Both the position numbers and the translations under genes were made by a program. The notes beneath the pieces were generated by a model that was given only the letters and a program-made list of their open reading frames with translations, did not search any database and was not told the origin of the DNA. Positions 12,788 through 25,329 of a stretch of DNA of 64,000 nt are shown here, one piece after another; positions within the stretch are counted from its first letter, which is position 1, and every line of letters begins with the position of its first letter. Source of the DNA: Dicyema japonicum (taxonomy: Eukaryota; Animalia; Dicyemida); NCBI GenBank assembly GCA_011109175.1, contig RDEW01000035.1, positions 62,001 to 126,000 of the forward strand, in the 5' to 3' direction.

Positions 12788-12917
12788 TAATACATTTATG
12801 CGAATGAAAGTGACTTTAAACTTTATAATGTTTAGATATTGATAAGGATAATGAGGAAGAAATATCAAGTTTGAATAATGAGGATGACTGTGAAATAAAA
12901 TCAAATGAAGGTATATA

Positions 12918-14745
12918 GAAAACATTCTAAAGCACCTCGGTCCAAACGGGCTCTTGGCACTTAAAGATATCTTCGAATTCTCCATCAACAGGTGTTTCAT
13001 CCCGATGTTATGGAAGAAGTCGAACATTATCCCAATACTCAAGAACAACAAAGCCTCCTCCTTGCCCTCTTCGTTCAGGCCAATTTCCTTAACATCTGTT
13101 GTCTCAAAAATCCTCGAAAATCTTAACGAAATCACCCCCTACCTCGACCTCTCCGACTCACAACATGGTTTCCGTCTTTTACACTCGACCACCACGCACT
13201 TACTGACACTAACCCAATACATCTCCAACGGTTTCAACAACTGCAAACCCCCAGAACGAACTGTCTTGGCCTCTATTGACCTAACTAAAGCTTTCGACAG
13301 AATCTCCCGTGTGGTCCTCTGCAACAAGATCTATTCTTCAAATATTCCCTCTGTATGGAAGTCATGGCTCACAAATTTCCTCTCGGGAAGACTGGGTCAT
13401 ACGTGTCTATATTCAAATCTATCAAGATATCGACTCCTACCAAACGGTGTTCCCCAGGGATCAGTCCTTTCACCCTCACTTTTCAACCTTTACGTCAAAG
13501 ACATCCCAACAACCCAAAATACGTTACTATTGACATATGCCGATGATCTAGTAATCGCATCCAGGAGTGGCGATGTTCGACTGGCCACCGAAAAAGTGCA
13601 GTACCACCTGAACTTGCTATCCGACTGGATGAACTTAAACTGGATGAGTGTTTCCACCTCGAAGTCATCAGCTACCCTGTTCACAACCGATCGAAGACAA
13701 TTCAACCTAAACCCCACACTCTCGTTGGGAGACGAACCACTCCCCTTAAATAAATACCCGAAGATCCTTGGAGTTGTCTTCGATCCTTCACTCTGTTTCA
13801 ACAGACAAGTGGAGGAAGTAATGACAAAAGCCAAGCGGAAACTTAACATATTACGGGCAGTAGCTGGCCACTCAAACGGTCAGCAAAAAGAAAACTTAAC
13901 TCTTCTCTACAAACAGTTCATCAGGACTACACTCAACTACGCCTCACCAAGTTGGGCCCCCTCAATCTCCTTGGAATTATCTACAATCATACAGAAATTG
14001 TGAGCCGATGCCATGTCCTATGAGAAGAGCTGTTCAGGATTCTCGACCCCGCCGGACTCGTCCTCACCTTTGTCGGTCTGGGATCACTTAGTTAGATGAG
14101 AACTTTTATTTCTTTCTCTTTGACCCAGTGATCCTGGGGGTAATAATAATAATAAGAACTGCAGAAAGTGCAAAACTCGGCGCTGAGAATAATAACTGGC
14201 TGCTTAAAGTCAACCCCCACCGACCATTTACATTGGGAGTCGAAAATCCTCCCGCTCTATGACCACCTGGAAATGCGTAATTTACAATTTCTACGGCAGT
14301 CGTTCGACCCGAATCACCCAGTTCACGCTCTGCTAAGTAACAATAACCGCTGATACATACGCAGGACCCTCTTTGACCTACAAAGAGCCTTGTCGAAGAT
14401 CACCGCCCCTCAAGAAGACTCAACTTGGACCCGCCGAATCCATGATTTCATCTCAACACGGGCCATTAAGACACTTCAATATAACAAAGTCTTGGAGCGC
14501 TTCCCCCCTGATATCAGCCCAACGGAACAATCGCTCCCGAGGAAGATCAAAATCGGACTGGCTCGCCTACGATGTGGACACCACCCTTTTCTGGCTGGCA
14601 GAGTAGTTCGGGACCTTTTTCCCTGCCCTGGACCACCGGATGCAAAAGTCGAGGATCTCTGGGAGCGGCCTGTCCGGACTGCACGCTCTCTGATGGTCGC
14701 CGGCTTCCCACTTGCTGGCGAAGCCGGGGTTAATAATTTAATTTA
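12918..14745 (+). mobile_element. 5'-truncated L2/jockey-like LINE RT, interrupted near 14.0 kb
   Basis: ORF 12954-14003 (FRPISLTS, DLTKAFD, GVPQGSVLSP, YADD) resumes at LQKVQNSALRIITG; ends GGGGTTAATAAT. Confidence 0.88.
13968..14155 (+). mobile_element. Short 3' fragment of a GGATCAC-tail LINE inserted in the RT
   Basis: Similar to the reverse complement of 27260-27435; (TAA)n tail; no clear TSD. Confidence 0.75.
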
Positions 14746-14902
14746 GCCTAGTGGTGATTTAATTTTTCAAGCTGTGAATTGTGTTAAGTGGATTAATTTC
14801 AGAGGATTAATATCAAGGTTGATTGGTGTCAAATTTCAAGGTCAAAATGTAACACGATAGAATGTGTAACACGGATGGCTCGCGACAATAATAATTATTA
14901 TT

Positions 14903-15236
14903 TATTTATTAACCCCGGATACACCGAGAAAGAAGTTAAAGTAAACAACTAATTAAATGTATCCAGTTTCCACTTCTACAGAAACAGAGTCCATCCGGAA
15001 TCAGCATAAAGGGTAAGACGTCCATTACATGCAGTTGTGGAAACCCCTCCAGTGGAGTGGGGAAGAGCAAATGATCCTTTTTCATGCCGGCCTGGCACTG
15101 AGCGTCACCTAGACAGGTGGATCACATGACGTCACTCTATTAGGAAGAGAGAGGAGGAACAGACAAGCAAGCAGAAAAAATTTAAATCAATTAACCACGC
15201 AGCACCACATGGCGCCACGCGGCCTTATTCCTTACC
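14903..15236 (-). mobile_element. SINE-like element (~330 bp), copy 1
   Basis: 17-bp TSD CAATAATAATTATTATT (14886-14902, 15237-15253); (TAAA)n tail; homologous to the 22.2k and 42.6k copies. Confidence 0.88.
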
Positions 15237-15499
15237 CAATAATAATTATTATTATAAGTAAAAGTATTTTATAAAAAATTTATACCAATTTTTGCTGGCA
15301 TACCATAATTTTTGACAATAAAATCAAAAAACTAACCCACATCAAGTTGTCCTGAAGCCTAATAAAGTTACCATAAAAGCTACTGAAGAGTACAACATTA
15401 TAAAATGCATGCTGGAGGGGCAAGACCTGAATGCATCAGCAACTCGGAAGTATAGAAAAGCTTTAATTTAATTTTAATTAAAATTTTATGAGGAATAAG

Positions 15500-16700
15500 C
15501 AGGAATTTAATATTATCGTCGTCTGCTTCCATGTTCTGGAATTCGCTCCTTAACAGATATGGGGTCGTATGTACTCACGTTCCAGAATTTGACCGCTAAC
15601 GGGTAATTTGCCCCCTTCGCTTCCATACTTCCGTATACCTAATATGAAGTGTGGGAAAATAATATTTATTACATGTTATTTCTGTTATGGAATCATGTTC
15701 ACGATAATCCTGAAAGTTTTAATATAGAAGAATTGGATTCCATAGAGTATCTTGGTATTCCTGGATTCAACACTGTTGTGGAATCAGATGTTAAAGAAAA
15801 TCCAAGTGGACTTCATTCGATTTTCGACGAATTTTAGGTACCGTCATTGACGTAACAGTCTTTGATGTCCACCTTCTCCCAATATCGTCTGTCCATCGTT
15901 TTTCGTTGCTCTCCTCTGCTCAGACTTTTTGGCGACTCCACCATATCTGAAAAATGTGAGGACGAGCCACGATTTATGCAATTCATTGTGTCTCTAGGAG
16001 AATCTCAACACGCAGTCAGGTCGTGTTCCCCTGCACAAAGGAGACATCTTGTCTTCTCCTTAAACAAGGAGGATATGTGTTCATGGCGTTGGCAGTTAAA
16101 ACATTTCGATGGGTCTTTTCTGTACCATTCAAATGTAATTGGCACGTGGAGAATGTTGAAACCGAGACGGACAAGCGATATAGCCTCCGCCCTTGATCCA
16201 AATAGAACCCTTGCAAGTGGGAGTCTCCTATCTACCTATTAAAACGGTGATAGAGGGGCTAATTCCTTGAAAAATACATGATTATCATCAACCCAAAAGG
16301 GCAGGTTCTTAACACAATTTCGTACGGTTTCACTCGGATTTCACTGAAGCAATGGTTTCTAAGACCAAAAGGTGAAGTAGCATTCACATGTTCACAAAAA
16401 TCCTTTTGTCCACCTCCTTTCTGAATTCGAGGATCCCGGAAAAAACCACGTGGTAACCGAGTAAGAGAGAGAAGGAACCAGTTCATCTTTCGTCTATAGT
16501 CCTCCATCAATTGGATGTTAACAAGCGGTTATTAAGTAAGAAGCAATAAATTGCGATAGTTCCATAGATCGGTCAACATTGGCCTGGTAGATGAACAGCG
16601 TGCCAGTTAAGGACATTCAAAAAGGTGATTTGCTGTAACTTGGAGAGGTTGCAAGGGAATAGAGGAAATTTTTGCAAAGCGATAGGATTGAGTAGTAAGG
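15500..16700 (-). mobile_element. Degenerate LINE ORF1 (gag-like zinc knuckles) plus ORF2 remnant
   Basis: Minus frame reads KCFNCQRHEHIS..RCLLCAGEHDLTAC*..NCIN.GSSSH (jockey/I-type triple knuckle); YGSEG remnant near 15.6k. Confidence 0.6.
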
Positions 16701-16806
16701 ATATACATATTCTCTACAATGTAAAAACTATTATTTTTATATTAAATAAATTAAACAACATTTTTGAAGTTATTTTAAATTGGTAATTAATTGAATTTAT
16801 TGAAAC

Positions 16807-19800
16807 ATGACTGAATTGTATGATGTTGTGTGCGAATGTCAAAATAAAATAAAAAACATAAGAAATATATGTATTCTTGCCCATGTAGACCACGGTAACT
16901 TTATAAAATAGTCAATTTTTAAGGAAAAACAACTTTAGTTGATTTTTTGTGTGCTTCAAATGGTATAATCTCCAATAATATGGCTGGTGAAGTATTTATG
17001 TTAAATTCATGTACTTAGCTTCGATATATGGATAGCAGAGAAGATGAACAACAACGAGGAATTACTATGAAGTCAAGTGCAATTTCTCTTCTTCATTGTT
17101 ATGGTTTCTGAGATTATTATATTTCTTTTAGAAAAAGAATTTTATCTTATTAATCTGGTTGATACTCCTGGTCATGTAGATTTTTCTTTTGAAGTCGCTG
17201 CAGCTGTTAGAGTATGTGATGGCGCCATAATATTAGTTGATGTTGTTGAAGGTGTCTGTTCTCAGGTTAATCACTAATTTAATTTTTAGACTCATGGGGT
17301 TATTAGATCTTGCATTAATTGAAGGATTGAAATGTGTTCTTTATTTGAATAAAATTGATAAATTGTTTACACATTTGAAATTAAGTACTCGACAAGCCTG
17401 CCATCATTTGAGAAAAATTGTTGAGCAGGTCTAACTTTAATTGATATAAAGGTTAATTCAATAATTGCCCAGTTTTTCAATTCTGAATTATTAGATTCAT
17501 CGTTTTCTACAAGTTATTCTGATTCGTTAAATATTGAAAGTTATTTTGTCCCCGAAAACGGAAGTGTTATTTTTGGAAGTTCTACTGAAGGCTGGGGATT
17601 TACGTATTTGACTTTTCTATTATTTAGTTTACCACAATTTGCTCATTTAATTGGAAGTAAGATTGCTGATGTGAACTCAAAGCTACTCTCTGAACATATG
17701 TGGAGAGACTATTATTGGAATTCAAAGAAGTGTAAATTTATTGATTGTTCTGATGGTCAAAGATTATCCATATTTGAAAAATTTGTGTTGGGCACTATTT
17801 TGAATATTTATGATGTTACAAAGAATAGGTAATATATTAAATTATTATTTTGGATAGAGATATGGAAAAAATAACTCGAATTTATGACTTCTTAAAATTA
17901 GTAGATAAGGATCTTAGTAGAAAAGAAAATATAATTAGCGGAGCTCAAATATTATCCAAGTGGTTGCCATTATTTAAATCTATCTTTGGTTAACGGTTTA
18001 ATCAAATGTATTTAGATAGTGTTCTTATATTTATGCCTTCTCCTACAGAACTCGATTCGAAAAGAATAAAAAAACTTTTTTCTTCCGCAATTATAGCTTC
18101 AGAAGATTTTACCGATACATGTAGTATGTTGAAAAAAGGTATATATTTTTATTACTTTTTAGAAATTATATCTGTTAATACTGATGGTCATAATGTCGTC
18201 GCATTTATGAGCAAATTAATATTCATTCCTTTCACTGATCTTCCAAGAAAATATCAAATGTATACAAGAAGTATTTTATTGATTTTTAGAAATTATGACA
18301 AAAATAAATTTTCAAATCAATGTTTGTTTTATTAACATATTTGTAGTTGGAAATGAATTGTGCATCGGATTTGCTCGGTTGTTTTGTGGAATTATTCGAA
18401 AAGGGGATTCTTTGTTTTTCCTTGGACCTAAGCATGACTTTCACTTGGTAATCAGGAAATTTTAATTTTAGGTAGAATGCTCTGAAAAACTCCCTAATTA
18501 TTATCAACACGGAGAGTCGATTGTTATTGGAGATCTTTTTACTTTTATGGGCAGAGAGCTGATTTCCGTCGATATTGTTTATTCGGGAAATATTTTTGGT
18601 TTATATTATTTCTTAATATTTTTAGGATTTTCATGGTCCGGAAATTTAAAGTTTATGAAAACAGCAACATTATCTAATTTTGCTGATTGTCCTGCTTTGA
18701 CCCCTTATTATTTTGATGCCCTTCCTATCATGTCAGTTTCAGTAGAACCTGAAAATATTGGTATTTTTGAATTTTTCAGAGTTTTAGATGACTTAAATTT
18801 ATTAAATCAAGGACTAGAAATGCTTTATTTATCTGACCCTTGTGTTGAGACTTTTGTTTCTAGTCTGGGTGAACATTTAATAAAAGTAGCTGGTCAGCTT
18901 CATCTTGATAAATGCATTGAAGACTTGAAAAATAAGTAGTTCAATATATATCTAGTAGATTTGTCCGTGTTCCACTAAATTTTTCAAGACCATTGGTCCA
19001 ATTTCGTGAGACTATTATCATGGTAATAATGAGCACAACATACAAATAATTCAAATTACTTCTTTTGATTCTTCTTTTACATGCAAAATAAGGTGTTGAT
19101 GGTTATGAATATTTTAGTGTTACTCTTTTGCCTGAAAATACTGTCGCTTTACTAATAAAATATAATTCATTGATTCAGATGATAAGTAAAATTCAACACA
19201 AGTCTTATTTGTCTAACGATTTTGAAAATCTAAATATATATATTTTAAAGTTTAAAAGTTTACTTGAAAGTTCCATTAATTTTCATTCCGTATTTGATAT
19301 CGATAAAGTGATATTTATTTTACTTTTTAGATTTGTGGTTTTTGCAAATCGACTGGAACTAATATTCTCTTAAATTGTGTTCCTGGCCTTAAATTACCAA
19401 CAGTTTGGGGTAAAAACGAGGTTAATAAAGAATCAATATATAAAATTTTTTCATCACTTGTATTGTGCTAATTATATATTTTAAGTTAAATGGATTTGAA
19501 TTAGCTACCGAGGCGGGCCCATTATGTGAAGAACCACTTTATGGACTCTGTTTTTGCATTAATGAGTTGGTTTATTAATCATATTTTTAGATTTGAATTT
19601 ATATCTGATTTATTGCTTAAAGGAAGTGAATGTGCTGGAAAGCTTGTTATTTGTCGAAAACTTATTTCGGGATTTAGAAATGCTTGTAGAAATTTGATTG
19701 CGTCATGTGAACAGAAATTGGTACAACCAGTATTTTTGGCCAGCATTCGTGTGTCTTCCACATTTATTGGTTAGTTATTCATGCTATTAATAGGTAAAGT

Positions 19801-20178
19801 GCATGGAGTTATCACTCGACGATCTGGTCGAATAGTTAGTGAAGATATAATCAACGATTTAAATATATTTTTATGTGATTGCTTTATTCCAATTATCAAT
19901 TCTTTTGGCTTTGAAGATGAAATTAGAAGCAAGACAAGAGGGATGGCTTCTGCCCAACTAAAATTTTCTCATTGGGAGGTAACCTTAATTTCAATATTAA
20001 AAAGATTGTTCAAGACGAAATAAGCGATTGCTTTTATTCTGATGACAATGAAGATATTCCCTCATTCACGCTTACTCAAAAATTAGTTAACGAAATTCGA
20101 TTACGTAAAGGATTAATTACTCAAGACCAAATTGTTGAAGATCCAAATAAACAGAGAACTTTAGCCAAGAAAAAATAA
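16807..20178 (+). CDS. EFL1: Elongation factor-like GTPase 1 (60S maturation, Ria1/EFL1)
   Basis: [11 protein letters not shown]|[47 protein letters not shown] and KQRTLAKKK*. Many 23-30 nt introns. Confidence 0.93.
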
Positions 20179-20426
20179 TTCTTTTTTATCTTTAAATTTA
20201 TCTTTTGATAATTTTATTAATTTTCATGATAAGTTTTTTTATCTAAGATATATTCAAAAGGCATAATAAAATGTGACATTTTCATCGCTGATTACCTTAG
20301 TCATATTTTTAATTTGTATTCTTAAGTTTTAACTTAAATGTTTAAAAGTAATTAAAAAAATTTTACTGAGATTTAAAAAAGATTAAATCAAGAATTAAGT
20401 TAGTATATTAAGTCTTTAAACGAATG

Positions 20427-22041
20427 TTACATTAAGTTATTTCTGTATAAACGAATACTAAAGAAGATCAAATAAATAAAATCTCCAAAAATGATGAAGG
20501 AAATCGAAATGTAAACGAGTTTATAAAAATTTTTGATTTCTGGAATTATGATCACACAGATTGCAATCAGAACGCTAAAAAAATTATTTAGACTTGTCTG
20601 TGCACTTCCTACACGTCCTCTATTTTCTTCTTCGACAGTTTCTTGAAAGCATTGATTTATTGATAAATCAGCAATCCATAATCCTATTATTTATTAAAAT
20701 AAAGAACCAAATCGTGCAAGAATTATTCCTGTCATGAACACTCCAATGTGGACAAAATTTTCTATAAAATCATATTTTTTTTACTTTTATTCGAGTAATT
20801 TGGTATGCTTATGGAAATTACAGTAATTAATAAGCATGATACGTGAAGTATTAATCCAACCATACCAGTTTTAATTAATTTTATTTTGCGATGAAGATAA
20901 GGATATAATAATGTTCCAGTAAATCCAACAATTGCTCCCGCACCCTGTAGAGTTCCCAAAACATTAGCTGTTAGACCTTGGCTATATGCATACGCTTTAA
21001 AATATTTGTTTAATACATTTAATACATATAGTAATTGAATCGAATCCTAAGACCGTCATATATACGCATGAAATTGCTATCCCCGCAAGCATGCAGTTTT
21101 GATTAAAATAAATATTCCATGCAGAAATCAATGATTTTAAAATTCCAGTCTGATTATTAATAGTTATGTTTTTGTTTTTTTCCAAAAGTAAGTAATTTGA
21201 TTCTACAGTATTAAAATCTGATTACGATCAGAAGAAGTGCATTTAAAATTTAGTCTAGGAGTCGATTTGTATACTTTCATTAGTAAAATGTATTCAGCTG
21301 TAATCGAGACTATGTTCCAAACAACAATGAAAAAAATTGAATTTCTAACTGCAAGAAAATGAATTATTTGTCCAGTTACGACTGGTGCTAAAATTTTTGT
21401 CATTAAATCAATTCTTCTAACAACAGAATTTGTTTCTAAAATATTTTTTATTTTATGCCTGATAGTGAATCTCCATTTTCACGAACTAAAATAATTAACC
21501 AATCTTTTTCGATTGCTATGGTTTCAGAATCACTGCCTAATTCTGCCAAGACAGCAAAAAATATTGTTAATATCTAAACTAATTCATAAATAACTTGGCA
21601 TGTAGTATTGATTAGTTTATTTTGACGATAGGTATCGTAAGAAAATAACAATATTAGTGGTATTGATGAAAAAATAATACATAAATTTTGAAAAATCAGA
21701 GCGATTTTTATCACTAAAAATTAATTTGATAAGATAATTTTAACCTCGTAGTCGATGGAATTTATCAATTAAACAGCCTATTGAACTAGCAAATAATACA
21801 GAGGCCAATTTGAGACTCAAGACAACAATAGAAACTCTAAGGAGTGAATTAGGATAAAGTTCAGTCATATACAATGCCAAAGCAAAGTTCCACATACGAT
21901 CACCCTGTTTATATTATTTTAATAAAACCCACGAAGCAAGTAATCGAGTAGCATATACTTTAATCTTCCAATAAATGATCAAATTCTTAATTTTTTCAGT
22001 ATAACCTAATTAAAAATTAGATTTTTCGTACTGATTATCAT
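20427..22041 (-). CDS. SLC40A1: Ferroportin (iron exporter)
   Basis: LASW|GDRMWNFA, IAIEKDWL, VRRIDLMTKILAPVVTGQI, YMTVLGFDSITI and C-terminal LVYISISFIIFG. Short introns, one of them GC-AG. Confidence 0.92.
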
Positions 22042-22175
22042 TTTTTCAGATAATTTTGATTATATTTAAATTATTATTTCAACGTTTAAATAAATTTATG
22101 ATTTTTAATAAAATAAACAAACTTTTATTAAGAGTCGCGATAGTGAATCTCCATTTTCACGAACTGATTGAAATC

Positions 22176-22492
22176 GCCGCATGGATTTATGTGATGCTAC
22201 GTGTCTAATTGGTTGAAGTTTTGCATTTGTTTTGTCTGTTCCTTCTCTTCCACTTCCTACTAGAGTGTCGTTATGTGATCCACCTGCCTCAGGCATCCAG
22301 TGCCAGACTGGCACGAAAAAGGATCATTTGCTTTCCACACTGGATGGGTTACAAGGAATGGACGTCTCTTACCTGGCTTTTACTTGTGTGACGTTGAAGG
22401 ACTCTGTTTCTGTAACAGTGGAAACTGGATACACTTAACTAGTTGTTTACTGTTAACTTCTTTCTCGGTGTATCCGAGGTTAATAGATTAAT
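22176..22492 (+). mobile_element. SINE-like element, copy 2
   Basis: Head GCCGCATGG, body AAAAAGGATCATTTGCT, tail GGATACAC...GTGTATCCGAGGTTAATA. Confidence 0.85.
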
Positions 22493-22559
22493 TAATTAAT
22501 TTGAGTTGAGAGTGTTGAGCTTTTCGTTTGTCATAAGAACCCAGGCCTTTGATACTGTC

Positions 22560-23760
22560 AGGGTTGATAAGACGAGTGCATCACTTGAAAGGATTAACAA
22601 TTTCTAAGTTTTGTATTAAGAGAAACAAAGTATAGAGAAAGTTAACTCATACAGTAATAAATTTCTGAAGTGATCAAAAATATATTAACCTTTTTCAAGC
22701 AAAAAAAGGAACTGAAATAAACTGTAACCTTAAACCAATTTCGAAGTAAAAAAGTCTCTCTTTTTTGAGTCGCATCATCCTTCTAAAACGTATAACATTA
22801 TAGGAAATATTGCGGAGTCGAAACATAAACAAAGGCCTCAGACTTGAGCCTTAATTTCTAAAGCAGAACAGAACGTTGGTAGCTTTTTTCTTTCGTATTT
22901 TAGCATGTTCCGTAAAATTAGGAGGCCAAGGTATTTCATAGTCTTCTTTCGAAGTATGTTTTGTAACAAGTTCTTTAGGTTAACCAGCCTCCTGCTTCCA
23001 GTTATCCTCACCATACGAAAAAAAAGTTTCAACTGAAAGAAAGTTTTCATTACACCACTGTTCAATCTGGTCCTTGTACGTCTTCAACCGTTTCTCAGAT
23101 ACCATAGGGTTTAAAGAAACATCATAAATTATTACGTCATGGCGTATATCAAGATTTCTATACGTGGGTTTTCTGGGAAAGGCAATTCACCCATTACAAT
23201 GTTGAATAGTAGAAAACTGAGGACTGAATACTGAAGGGCACCACTTATCAGCCAAATTTCACGAACTCACAGTTTAAAAAAAATAACAATTGACTTCATA
23301 TCTTAATATCCAAAAATAAAGTTCCTTTTCAACACCACATTTCGCAGACAAATAAGAAGTCCTAGACGCCACACATTGTCGAAAGCTTTGGATATATCAA
23401 AGCAGACCGCGATAAAACATCCTTTTGTTTCGAAAGCCTTCAAATTGACGCGTTAAAGGTGTCAAACAATCTCCATAAAAGCAATTTTTGCGAAAACCCC
23501 ACTGGTGCTCTTTTGATATATCTTTCTATGTGTTCTGAGATTCTGTTAAACACGATTCTTTTCATAATTCTTAAGATTTTTGGCATAAGGCTTATAACTG
23601 GTTGTTAAGTATCCATGTTTCCCAGATTTACGTATCATCCTTAAGGAAAGGTCAGAGGTTCTGTTAGTATCCATAGCCGAATCACATTTTATAGGACGTG
23701 TAGATTTTCCCAAAAAATATTAAACAGCCTCAGCTTTAACCAACTTAATTTGTAGTAAAA
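22560..23760 (-). mobile_element. Degenerate LINE RT fragment
   Basis: Minus strand AVCFDISKAFDNVW and MKYLGLL with stops. Confidence 0.6.
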
Positions 23761-23821
23761 ATGACAGATGTTGATCTGTCAAATACAGTCTACCGCTAGA
23801 TCACGCTCAGCGATCGCGACA
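23761..23821 (-). mobile_element. Ginger-like TIR (right end, ...TCGCGACA)
   Basis: Inverted homologue of 4836-4890; followed by TAATA. Confidence 0.55.
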
Positions 23822-23923
23822 TAATAATATTGCTAAACTGAAAAAAATATATAAAAAGAAACTGAAAATTTTGTTAATAGTTGGTTATCTGAAATATAAT
23901 TCCTTATAATATTAAAGTACAAA

Positions 23924-25108
<1,185 letters not shown>

Positions 25109-25329
25109 TTAAATAACTCAAGTGAATTAAAAATAATAATCCAACTAGCACTACGTTCAACACGAATTAAATTCTAATAAATAAATTTTAATAATTACAA
25201 ATTTTCTAATTATAAGTTTAATTTAAATAATTTATTGTTTTAATTACTATAAACCTTTTGAATATTTTTGGTTTTTTATTCTGATATCTAAGAATTTTCA
25301 TTGGTCCTGGGTCATTGTCTTTGGTGAGA

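Larger units (their letters stand above)
4992..14887 (+). mobile_element. Ginger2/TDD-like integrase DNA transposon (outer), inflated by nested insertions
   Basis: ~80-90 bp TIRs (4992-5079 vs 14809-14887, TGT...ACA) and 5-bp TSD ATAAT (4987-4991, 14888-14892). Split integrase: HYG..C..C zinc motif at 7336-7470 and DIYSKF/QSDNGKEF/SQGQVER core at 10548-11059. Confidence 0.85.
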
